Below are positions 8,926-16,829 of a DNA stretch of 19,098 bases, piece after piece (position 1 is the stretch's first letter; every line of letters starts with the position of its first letter). The stretch is from contig JBGANF010000143.1 in assembly GCA_044222475.1 (NCBI GenBank), positions 1 through 19,098 of the forward strand, in the 5' to 3' direction. A program made the position numbers and the translations under genes. Source of the DNA: Polyangiaceae bacterium. GTDB lineage: Bacteria; Myxococcota_A; Polyangia; Polyangiales; Polyangiaceae. The notes below the pieces were generated by a model. That model had not been told where the DNA came from and did not search any database. It was given only the letters and a program-made list of their open reading frames with translations.

Positions 8926-10242
8926 CTACTTCGCGTATCCGATCACGTTGAGGTCCTGGTACAGCGCATCCCCGTTTCCGAAGCCGCAGTACACGTTTCC
9001 CGTCTTCGGGTCCGCGAAGCCGAAGCCGCTCGAGCGCGCGACCGGGGTGCCCGGGCGCACGACCTCGGACCAGCGCTCGTGACCGGCGCTGAGCTCGAGC
9101 ACGAAGAGCCCATTTTGGGACGTCATCCCGTCGGACGTTCCGCCAAAGACGACGAGGCGCCGCGCGGCGGGATCGTAGATGCCGCACCCGTTGCGCCGAC
9201 CGGCCGGCGTGTTCTCCACCGCGAGGGTGCTCCAGGTCGGGACCTCTTGCGAGAGGTCGAGGACCCAGGTGTCCTGGGCGGCGTTGATCGGGTCGCCCTT
9301 CTTCGGGTTCTGCGCGCCGCTGAAGACGAACAGCCGGCGTGACGGCGCGTCGAACGCGGCGAACGAGCCGTAGCGCGGCGGCGGGGCACCGGTCTTCGGG
9401 AGCTGGGTCCAGGTCACCGTGTCCCCGGCGACCGCGCCGATCCACGTGTCGTTCAGGACCGACTGCGTGTCGACGGCGAAGCCTCCGAACGTCACCACGC
9501 GGCTGCCCGCGGCGTCGTAGGCGAAGACGTTCAGCGCGCGGGCCGGCGGCGGGTTCTTCGAGGTGAGGCGCGTGAACGCCTTCGTCGGGTCGCCCGGCTT
9601 CACGCGGTAGACGTCGGGATCGCCGACCTCGGTCGTCTGATAGCCGCTCGTGCCGCCGTAGAGGTAGAACGAGCTCGCGTCGATGCGGGCCTCGCGGCGG
9701 GAGTATCCGACCGGCGGCACGTCGCCGGTGGGAGTCCACGGCGACCACGCGCGGGTCGCGACGTCGTAGCGCCAGTTGTCGTCGATGGGTTTCCACTGCG
9801 GCTTGTAGCCGGTGCCGGCGAGGAGGAACGCGGCGTTCGCGGTCTCGTCGAAGAAGAGCGTCGCGTGCTCGCGCGCCTGCGGGCCGGCGGTGGTCCAGCT
9901 GTTCGGCGTCCAGTCGAGCTTCGCGACCTTCAGCGTGACGTTCACGGTGCGGGTCGCGCCGCTCGACGAGGCGAGGTCGACCGGGAGCGTCAGCTCGCCC
10001 TCGACGTCGTACGCGGCGCGGAGCGAGAGCTTGCCGTTCTCGAACGTGGCGTCCACCCCGGCCGGCGGGCGCGGAGTGACGGTACCACTTTGGGACAACG
10101 TCACCGGCACGTCGACGACGACGCCTTGCGGGAGGGCGACCGAGGCCGGCGCACCGGTCCAGTCGGGGGCGTCTCCGGTCGAGGCGCTGCAGCCGAAGAA
10201 GAGGAAGGGGATCGCGAAGAGGGGAAGGACGCGCGAGGTCAT
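8926..10242 (-). CDS. Kelch-repeat beta-propeller lipoprotein
   Basis: Lipobox MTSRVLPLFAIPFLFFG-C. Repeated P-x-x-R...YLYGG/TFGG/VFSG/VFGG...D-T/N-W...W units follow a short beta-rich N-terminal domain. Confidence 0.85.
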   Translation of the reverse strand: MTSRVLPLFAIPFLFFGCSASTGDAPDWTGAPASVALPQGVVVDVPVTLSQSGTVTPRPPAGVDATFENGKLSLRAAYDVEGELTLPVDLASSSGATRTVNVTLKVAKLDWTPNSWTTAGPQAREHATLFFDETANAAFLLAGTGYKPQWKPIDDNWRYDVATRAWSPWTPTGDVPPVGYSRREARIDASSFYLYGGTSGYQTTEVGDPDVYRVKPGDPTKAFTRLTSKNPPPARALNVFAYDAAGSRVVTFGGFAVDTQSVLNDTWIGAVAGDTVTWTQLPKTGAPPPRYGSFAAFDAPSRRLFVFSGAQNPKKGDPINAAQDTWVLDLSQEVPTWSTLAVENTPAGRRNGCGIYDPAARRLVVFGGTSDGMTSQNGLFVLELSAGHERWSEVVRPGTPVARSSGFGFADPKTGNVYCGFGNGDALYQDLNVIGYAK

Positions 10243-10361
10243 GGCCTGGAGATAACGCCGTGGGTCCAGCCCGGCCCGTTAATCCCCGGCCGCGGGTCGT
10301 TAATCGGCAAACGATCGTCAAATTGACTCGTGAAAGCAGGTACATGGCGCCGCCCACGCCG

Positions 10362-10383
10362 CGACTTGATGACGGTCAAGTCG
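10362..10383 (+). promoter_or_regulatory. FNR/CRP-family binding site
   Basis: TTGATgacgGTCAA at 10366-10379 matches 9 of 10 positions of TTGAT-N4-ATCAA and sits within an 8-bp inverted repeat CGACTTGA...TCAAGTCG, upstream of an O2-sensitive pathway. Confidence 0.7.
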
Positions 10384-10397
10384 GAACGAACGTTCGT
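10383..10397 (+). promoter_or_regulatory. Putative TetR operator (PaaR-like palindrome)
   Basis: GGAACGAACGTTCG (10383-10396) resembles the Thermus PaaR box CNAACGNNCGTTNG. It overlaps the perfect palindrome ACGAACGTTCGT (10386-10397). A TetR gene lies in the downstream operon. Confidence 0.55.
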
Positions 10398-10450
10398 CCA
10401 TTACGGCTAAGGGGCGTCGAGCTCCGTGACTTCGACGCGAGGAGCCCCCC

Positions 10451-11563
10451 ATGAAGCTCGAGAATCACGACCTCGTCCCGCACTACGAGTTCCGGAACAT
10501 CAAGTACGAGGAGCGCCCGATCCGCGATCGTTCGGGAAAGCCCGTCGATGGGCTCCACCAGGTGTGGATCACGCTCGACAACGAGGCGCAGCTCAACTCG
10601 TACACGACGGCGGCCGTGCGCGAAGTGATCCTCGGCCTGCGCCGAGCGAGCGCAGACCGCCGCGCGGTCGCGGTCGTCTTCACTGGCGCGGGCAACCGCG
10701 CGTTCTGCACCGGCGGCAACACCGCCGAGTACGCGAGCTACTACGCCGGTAGACCGCTCGAGTACCTCCAGTACATGCGGCTCTTCAACGACATGGTCAC
10801 CGGTCTTCTCCTCTGCGACAAGCCGGTCATCTGCCGCGTCAACGGGATGCGCATCGGAGGCGGTCAAGAGATCGGCATGGCGTGCGACTTCTCCGTCGCC
10901 GGCGATCACGCGCGCTTCGGACAAGCCGGCCCCATCCACGGCTCGGCGCCCGACGGTGGCGCGACCGACTTCCTCCACCTGTTCGTCGGCGTCGGACAAG
11001 CCGCGGTGTCGCTCTCCCTGTGCGAGCCGTGGAGCGCGCAGAAGGCGATGCGCCTCGGGCTCCTCACGGACGTCGTGCCGGTGCACAAGAAGGATGGCGC
11101 GTGGGTCAGAAACCCGACCGTGATCACCGACCGCTTCGCCGACGAGACGGGCCGCATCGTCTACGGCGAGTGGAAGACCGGCGCCGAATTCCAGGCCGCG
11201 AAGGCCGAGGCCGCGGCGTGCACGATCGATCTCTCGCAGCTCGACGAAGCCGTCGACCGCCTCGCGACGAAGCTCCTCTACACGTTCCCCGATTGCACCC
11301 GGAAGACGCTCGAAAGCCTGCGGAAGAAGAAGCTCGAGCACTGGTTCCAGAACGCGGAGACGAGCCGCTCCTGGCTCGCCCTGAACATGACGACCGAGGC
11401 TGCGGCCGGGTTCTCCGCCTTCCACTACGGTGACAAGACCGAGCGCGAGATCGACTTCGTCCTCTTGCGCCGCCGTCTCGCCGAAGGCGTGGTCTTCGAC
11501 GACGCGCTCGTGGACGAGGTGCTCCCGCCATCGGCGCGCGCTCGGCGCAAGCGAGGCGACTGA
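10451..11563 (+). CDS. oah: 6-oxocyclohex-1-ene-1-carbonyl-CoA hydrolase (ring-opening; BamA/BzdY family)
   Basis: WITLDN..Q.NSYTT, AFCTGGNT.EYA.YYAG.P.EY.QYMRLFNDMV, CDKPVICRVNGMRIGGGQEIGMA and FGQAGP.HGSA signatures. SD GAGGAG at 10439-10444. Confidence 0.95.
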   Translation: MKLENHDLVPHYEFRNIKYEERPIRDRSGKPVDGLHQVWITLDNEAQLNSYTTAAVREVILGLRRASADRRAVAVVFTGAGNRAFCTGGNTAEYASYYAGRPLEYLQYMRLFNDMVTGLLLCDKPVICRVNGMRIGGGQEIGMACDFSVAGDHARFGQAGPIHGSAPDGGATDFLHLFVGVGQAAVSLSLCEPWSAQKAMRLGLLTDVVPVHKKDGAWVRNPTVITDRFADETGRIVYGEWKTGAEFQAAKAEAAACTIDLSQLDEAVDRLATKLLYTFPDCTRKTLESLRKKKLEHWFQNAETSRSWLALNMTTEAAAGFSAFHYGDKTEREIDFVLLRRRLAEGVVFDDALVDEVLPPSARARRKRGD

Positions 11564-11565
11564 TC

Positions 11566-12348
11566 ATGGCCTCGATCCGCACCTCGCTCGGGGCGGACGG
11601 TGCCGTACTGCACGTCCTCCTCGACCAGCCCAAGGCGAACGTCCTCTCGATGGCGATGATGACGGAGATCGCCGACGCGCTCGCTGCGCATCGCGACCGA
11701 AAGAGCCTCAAGCTCGTCGTCCTCCGCGGCGCGGGCGGGAATTTCTCGTTCGGTGCGTCGGTTCCGGAGCACCAGCGCGACACGGCGCCGGCCATGCTGA
11801 AGCAGTTCCACGAGCTCGTGCGCCGCGTCGCCGGGTACGTGGTGCCGGTGGCGTCCCTGGTCGAAGGACGTTGCCTCGGCGGAGCGTTCGAGCTCGTGCT
11901 CGCGTCGCACTTCGTGTTCGCCACGCCGAACGCGGTGTTCGCGTGCCCGGAGATCAAGCTCGGCGTGATCCCGCCGGTGCTCAGCGTGCTGGGGCCGAGT
12001 CGCCTGGGAGCGCCGCTGGCGGAGCAGATGCTCCTCACCGGCATGGAGATCGACGCGCGTCGCGCGCACGCCGCGGGGCTCGTCACCGAGATCGTCGCGG
12101 ACGCGGGCGGGGATCCCGGGGAGTGGCTCCTCGCGTGGTTCGGTCGCACGCTCGCTCCATTGTCGGCGTTCTCGCTGCGCGAAGCGACGTGGGCCGCGCG
12201 CGAGGGATCGGGCATGCGTACGAGCCTCGGTGCCGCGCTCGACGCGGTCGAGGCGCGCTACGTCGAGCGATTGCTCCCTAGTCAGGACGGCAACGAAGGC
12301 ATCGCCGCGTTCCTCGCGAAGCGCCCTCCGAAGTGGGTCGACGCATGA
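11566..12348 (+). CDS. dch: Cyclohexa-1,5-diene-1-carbonyl-CoA hydratase
   Basis: Crotonase fold with PKANVL, FSFGASV.EH, CLGGAFEL and PEIKLGV (both catalytic Glu) and EGIAAFLAKRPP.W. Gene context between oah and bcr supports the call. Confidence 0.9.
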   Translation: MASIRTSLGADGAVLHVLLDQPKANVLSMAMMTEIADALAAHRDRKSLKLVVLRGAGGNFSFGASVPEHQRDTAPAMLKQFHELVRRVAGYVVPVASLVEGRCLGGAFELVLASHFVFATPNAVFACPEIKLGVIPPVLSVLGPSRLGAPLAEQMLLTGMEIDARRAHAAGLVTEIVADAGGDPGEWLLAWFGRTLAPLSAFSLREATWAAREGSGMRTSLGAALDAVEARYVERLLPSQDGNEGIAAFLAKRPPKWVDA

Positions 12349-12956
12349 GCCGCCGACCGGCCGCACGGGACGTCGGGCGCGCCGAGGTGCTCGAGCGCGC
12401 CGCGACGGCGATCGCGGAGCACGGCTACCACGGGACGTCCATGCGCGACCTCGCGAGCGCGACCGGTCGCGCGCTCGCGAGCTTCTATCACCTGTTCGGA
12501 TCGAAGGACGAGATCCTCTACGAGCTGCAGCTACGCGCGTTCGAGGAGCTCCTCGCGAGCGCCGCAGTGGTGATCGCCGCTCCCTCCACGTCGGCCTCGC
12601 CCGACGAGCGGCTGCATCGTTTCATCGCCAACCACGTGCGGTACTTCGTCGAGCAGCCGGCGGTGATGCGGGTGCTCGTCCAGGAGGCTTCGACGCTCCC
12701 TCCCGTACGGCGCAGCGTCATCCGCACGCTCAAGCAGCGCTACTACGCCGTGGGCGAGAAGCTGCTCGCCGACGTCGTCTCGGCGAGCGGGGCGGAGCTC
12801 GATCGAGCCGAGATCGAGCGGTCCACGTACTGCATGTTCGGGATGCTCAACTGGATCTACGGCTGGTACGAGCCCGGCATCCACGGCTCTCCCGAGGTCC
12901 TCGCGAAGACGATCCACTCGATGACGCTCACCGGCATCCGAAGGAGCAACTCATGA
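12345..12956 (+). CDS. TetR/AcrR-family transcriptional regulator (PaaR/KstR2-like C-terminus)
   Basis: HTH region IAEHGYHGTSMRDLASATGRALASFYHLFGSKDEIL and C-terminal FGMLNWIYGWYEP. ATGA overlaps with both dch and bcrC. Confidence 0.93.
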   Translation: MSRRPAARDVGRAEVLERAATAIAEHGYHGTSMRDLASATGRALASFYHLFGSKDEILYELQLRAFEELLASAAVVIAAPSTSASPDERLHRFIANHVRYFVEQPAVMRVLVQEASTLPPVRRSVIRTLKQRYYAVGEKLLADVVSASGAELDRAEIERSTYCMFGMLNWIYGWYEPGIHGSPEVLAKTIHSMTLTGIRRSNS

Positions 12957-14128
12957 TCGATCCAGCCCTCGCCATCGTCGAGCGCGCACGCGCCATCGTC
13001 GAGGATCGCAAGCTCTCGACCGTCGCGGACTGGAAGCGCCGCCACCCTGGCGCGCTCGCCGTCGGTCACATGCCGGTCTACGCGCCGCGCGCGCTGCTGG
13101 AGTCGATCGGCTGCATGCCGGTATCCGTCTTCGGCGGCGGCGAGATCGACATCATCCGCGGCGACTCGTACTTCCAGTCGTACATCTGTCACATCCCGCG
13201 GAGCACGGTGGAGCTCGCGCTCGCCGGCGATCTCGACCTCCTCGACGGCGTGCTCTTCCCGTCCATCTGCGACGTCATCCGCAACCTCGGTGGCATGTGG
13301 CGCATGCTGTTTCCCGAAAAGTACGCGACGTACCTCGATCTGCCGCAGAGCTTCGAGCCCGGGATCGGCGGCAAGTTCTACGTCCTCGAGATGAAGCGCA
13401 TCGCGAAGGACCTCGAGGCGCGTGGTGCGCTCCCGATCGACCGCGACCGACTGCGCGCCGCGATCGCCCGCGAGAACGAGCGGCGGGCGGTCATCGCCGA
13501 GCTCGACGTGCTCCGGCGGAAGGAACCTTGGCGGTGCCGCGCGAGCGAGGCGTACCTCGTCGTTCGCGCGGGCGGCGTCATGGAGACCTCGGCGCACGTC
13601 GCGCTCGTGCGGGACTTCATCGACGCGGTGGCCAAGCGCCCCGCGCGCCCGGTCGACAACGTGCGCGTCGTGCTGGTGGGGAGCTTCTGCGAGCAACCTC
13701 CGTTCGAGCTCATCTACGCGCTCGAGAAGAGCGGCTGCGACATCGTCGACGACGACTTCCAGCTCGGCATGCGGATGATCGACGGCCCCATCGAGATCGC
13801 GGCTGGCGAGGATCCGCTCGACGCGCTCGCTCGTGCGTACCTCGAGAAGGGGCGCGACACCGCGTCGCGCTACATCGGGGACCTCGTCAAGGGCGCGGCG
13901 CTCATCCGGCGCGTGCGCGAGTACCACGCCGAGGGGGTCATCTTCGCGGCGGCGTCGTTCTGTGATCCAGCGCTGCTCGATCAGCCGATGCTCGAGGCTG
14001 CGCTCACCAAAGCCGGCGTGCCGCACACGAGCTTCAAGTTCTCCGAAAACATGGGCCAATTCAGCGTCATCCGCGAGCAAGCCGGAGCCTTCTCCGACGC
14101 GGTGAAGCTCTGGGGAGCCGCATCATGA
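12953..14128 (+). CDS. bcrC: Benzoyl-CoA reductase subunit C (BadD-like)
   Basis: IIRGDSYFQSYICHIPRSTVEL, FPSICDVIRNLGGMW, GSFCEQPP and ASFCDPALLD. True start is ATG 12953 after AAGGAG. Confidence 0.95.
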   Translation: MIDPALAIVERARAIVEDRKLSTVADWKRRHPGALAVGHMPVYAPRALLESIGCMPVSVFGGGEIDIIRGDSYFQSYICHIPRSTVELALAGDLDLLDGVLFPSICDVIRNLGGMWRMLFPEKYATYLDLPQSFEPGIGGKFYVLEMKRIAKDLEARGALPIDRDRLRAAIARENERRAVIAELDVLRRKEPWRCRASEAYLVVRAGGVMETSAHVALVRDFIDAVAKRPARPVDNVRVVLVGSFCEQPPFELIYALEKSGCDIVDDDFQLGMRMIDGPIEIAAGEDPLDALARAYLEKGRDTASRYIGDLVKGAALIRRVREYHAEGVIFAAASFCDPALLDQPMLEAALTKAGVPHTSFKFSENMGQFSVIREQAGAFSDAVKLWGAAS

Positions 14129-15477
14129 CCGAACGCGAAGAGACCGAGTCGAAAGACAAGAGCCAGCTCACGCAGAAGAAGATGCTCGCCGATCACTTCG
14201 CGAAGCTCGCGCGGGCGAAGGAGGACGGGCGCAAGGTCGTCTACACGTTCGTGCCCGGCAACGTGACCGAGCTGCTCGGTGCGCTCGATCTGTTGCCGGT
14301 GCTTCCGGAGATCAACGCGCTGCAGAGCGGCATGCGGAAGAAGTCCGCCGGGTACATCGCCGAGGCGGAGAAGGCGGGGCACTCCGAGGACGTGTGCACC
14401 TACGTGAAGTGCGACGTCGGGATGATGAAGAGCGGCAACATCGGACCGACGGGCGAGAAGCTGCCGGAGCCCGACTTGCTGCTGCTCTCGTACACCGGCT
14501 GCTTCACGTTCATGAAGTGGTTCGAGATCCTGAAGCAAGAGTACGACTGCCCGGTCGTGATGCTCCACGTGCCGTACCAGACGGACGGGGTCATCACCCC
14601 CGAGATGCGGCAGTACGTCGTGTCGCAGCTCGAGGAGAACGTCATCCCGGCGCTCGAGAAGGTCGCGGGGAAGAAGCTCGACATGAACGAGCTCGCGCGA
14701 CGGCTGCAGCTCTCGGCGCGCGCAGAGGAGGACCTCGTCGCCGTGTGGGAGTCGGCGCGTCATCGCCCGTCGCCGATCGACGGCTATTTCGGGGGCGTCT
14801 ACTACGTCGGACCGATCTTCTCGTCGTTCCGCGGGAGCGAGGACGCGGCGCGCTACTACGCCGAGCTCCGCGCCGAGGTCGAGCAGCGCGTTCGCGAGAA
14901 GCGCGGGCCGATGACGCCCGACGGCGAGATGAAGGAGGAGAAATACCGCCTCGTCGTGGAGGGGCCCCCGAACTGGACCTCGTTCCACGATTTCTGGCGG
15001 ATGTTCAGCAAGGAAGGCGCGACCGTCGTGTCGAGCACGTACACGCGCGTCGGCGGCCTCTACGACACGGGGTTCCGGCACGACTACCGGCGCCCGCTCG
15101 ACAGCCTCGCGGACTACTGCCTCGGTTGCTACACGAACCTCGGCCTACCGACCCGGCTCGAGCTCCTCGAGCGGTACATCCGCGACTACCAAGCCGACGG
15201 GTTCCTCATCAACAGCGTCAAGTCGTGCAACTCGTTCAGCGTCGGGCAGCTCCTCATGCTGCGGAAGCTCGAAGAGCGAACCGGCGTGCCGGGTGGCTTC
15301 ATCGAGTCGGACCTCGTCGACCCGCGCTACTTCGGGAAGGCGAACATCGAGAACCGCGTGCAGAGCTTCCTCCAGATGCTCGACGCGCGAAAGAAGCTCG
15401 GACCGTCGGCGCCGCTCCCGGAGCGTCCGCTCGCGAAGCGTTCGCTCCCGGTCATGAAGGACGGAGGCCTGCCATGA
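14125..15477 (+). CDS. bcrB: Benzoyl-CoA reductase subunit B (BadE-like)
   Basis: TFVPGN, GHSEDVCTYVK, LLLSYTGCFTFMKWFE, PSPID.YFGGVYY.GP, EEKYRLVVEGPPNWTSF, LADYCLGCYTN and KSCNSFS.GQL, all recognisable Thauera-type BcrB signatures. Confidence 0.96.
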   Translation: MTEREETESKDKSQLTQKKMLADHFAKLARAKEDGRKVVYTFVPGNVTELLGALDLLPVLPEINALQSGMRKKSAGYIAEAEKAGHSEDVCTYVKCDVGMMKSGNIGPTGEKLPEPDLLLLSYTGCFTFMKWFEILKQEYDCPVVMLHVPYQTDGVITPEMRQYVVSQLEENVIPALEKVAGKKLDMNELARRLQLSARAEEDLVAVWESARHRPSPIDGYFGGVYYVGPIFSSFRGSEDAARYYAELRAEVEQRVREKRGPMTPDGEMKEEKYRLVVEGPPNWTSFHDFWRMFSKEGATVVSSTYTRVGGLYDTGFRHDYRRPLDSLADYCLGCYTNLGLPTRLELLERYIRDYQADGFLINSVKSCNSFSVGQLLMLRKLEERTGVPGGFIESDLVDPRYFGKANIENRVQSFLQMLDARKKLGPSAPLPERPLAKRSLPVMKDGGLP

Positions 15478-16829
15478 AGTGCGTCATCGGGATCGACTTG
15501 GGATCGACCACGACGAAGGCGGTCATGCTCGACGAGCAGGGCGTGGCGCTCGGTCACGGGATCACGAACAGCCGCAGCAACTACGAGGTCGCGTGCGCGG
15601 TGGCGCGGATCGAGGCGCACACGTCGGCGCGGTTCGGCATGCTCGAGCGCGCGCTGGGGGAGGGCGCGGTGGCTCGCGCGTGGATCGGGCCGCTGCGTGA
15701 CGCGTTTCGGCTCGAGCTCTTCCTCGTCGATCTCGCGGACCTGCGTACGACGATCGGCGGCCACCTCGCCACGACGAAGCGCGACGACAAGGCCGCGCTC
15801 GAAGCGGGCGTGAAGCACGTGTTGGACGCCACCGAGAAGAGCGCGTTCGACGCGTTTCTCGGGGCGACGCCGCGGCGCAGCGATTTCTTCCGCGACATCG
15901 CCGGTGCGTCGTTCGTCGCCGAGGCCGAGGCGCTGGCCCGCACCGGAGCGGTCGCGTTCGAGCCGCTCGTCGCGCTCTACGACCGCGCGATCCTCGAGGT
16001 GGAGACGTGCCTGCGTCCGCGCGACACGCGCGCACTTTTGGGACGCGCGCTCCGTCGCATCAAAGAGATGCCGGGAGCGTCGACCGCGATGGCGCAGCTC
16101 GAGCGCGGCGTCGAGAAGGCCACGGCCGGGACCATCGACGAGATCGCGGTCGTCGGCACCGGCTACGGGCGGCAGACGCTGCCGTTTCCGAAGGAGGCGG
16201 TGCGGAGCGAGATCCTCTGTCACGGTCGTGGGGCACACCGCGTGTTCCCGAACACGCGCACCGTGCTCGACATCGGCGGACAGGACACGAAGGCGATTCA
16301 GGTCGACGAACACGGCGTGGTCACGTCGTTCCAGATGAACGATCGGTGCGCCGCCGGGTGCGGGCGCTACCTGGGGTACATCGCGGACGAGCTCGGCCTC
16401 GGCCTCCACGAGCTGGGTCCGCTCGCGCTCGGGGCGAAGAAGGCGATCAAGGTGAACTCGACGTGCACGGTGTTCGCCGGCGCCGAGCTGCGTGAGCGAC
16501 TGTCGCTCGGGCAACGGCGCGAGGACATCCTCGCCGGGCTTCACCGCGCGATCATCCTGCGCGCGATGTCGCTCCTCGCGCGCAGCGGCGGCGTCCGCGA
16601 CGAGTTCACGTTCACCGGCGGGGTCTGCAAGAACCCGATGGCGACGAAGGTGCTGCGCGAGCTCGTCGACGAGAACTACGGCGCCGAGATCACGCTGAAC
16701 ATCCACCCCGACTCGATCTACATGGGCGCGCTCGGTGCGGCGCTGTTCGCGCTCGACGACATCGCGTCGGGCGTCGTGCCCGAGCTGCCCTCGTTCGTCA
16801 CTGCCACGCCCATGGAGGCCACGCCATGA
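15474..16829 (+). CDS. bcrA: Benzoyl-CoA reductase subunit A (ASKHA ATPase, BadF-like)
   Basis: GIDLGSTTTKAV, GITNSRSNY, GTGYGR, RSEILCH, LDIGGQDTK, FQMNDRCAAGCGRYL and NSTCTVFAG. Start ATG 15474 after GGAGG. Confidence 0.96.
   Translation: MKCVIGIDLGSTTTKAVMLDEQGVALGHGITNSRSNYEVACAVARIEAHTSARFGMLERALGEGAVARAWIGPLRDAFRLELFLVDLADLRTTIGGHLATTKRDDKAALEAGVKHVLDATEKSAFDAFLGATPRRSDFFRDIAGASFVAEAEALARTGAVAFEPLVALYDRAILEVETCLRPRDTRALLGRALRRIKEMPGASTAMAQLERGVEKATAGTIDEIAVVGTGYGRQTLPFPKEAVRSEILCHGRGAHRVFPNTRTVLDIGGQDTKAIQVDEHGVVTSFQMNDRCAAGCGRYLGYIADELGLGLHELGPLALGAKKAIKVNSTCTVFAGAELRERLSLGQRREDILAGLHRAIILRAMSLLARSGGVRDEFTFTGGVCKNPMATKVLRELVDENYGAEITLNIHPDSIYMGALGAALFALDDIASGVVPELPSFVTATPMEATP

Noticed and set aside
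12230..12952. 632-aa version of BcrC
   Set aside because: The extra part overlaps dch and tetR out of frame. The real start is 12953.
14394..15473. 811-aa ORF suggesting an N-terminally extended or fused BcrA
   Set aside because: The extension is an Arg/Ala-rich shadow frame over bcrB. BcrA homology begins at ATG 15474, which has an SD and an ATGA overlap.
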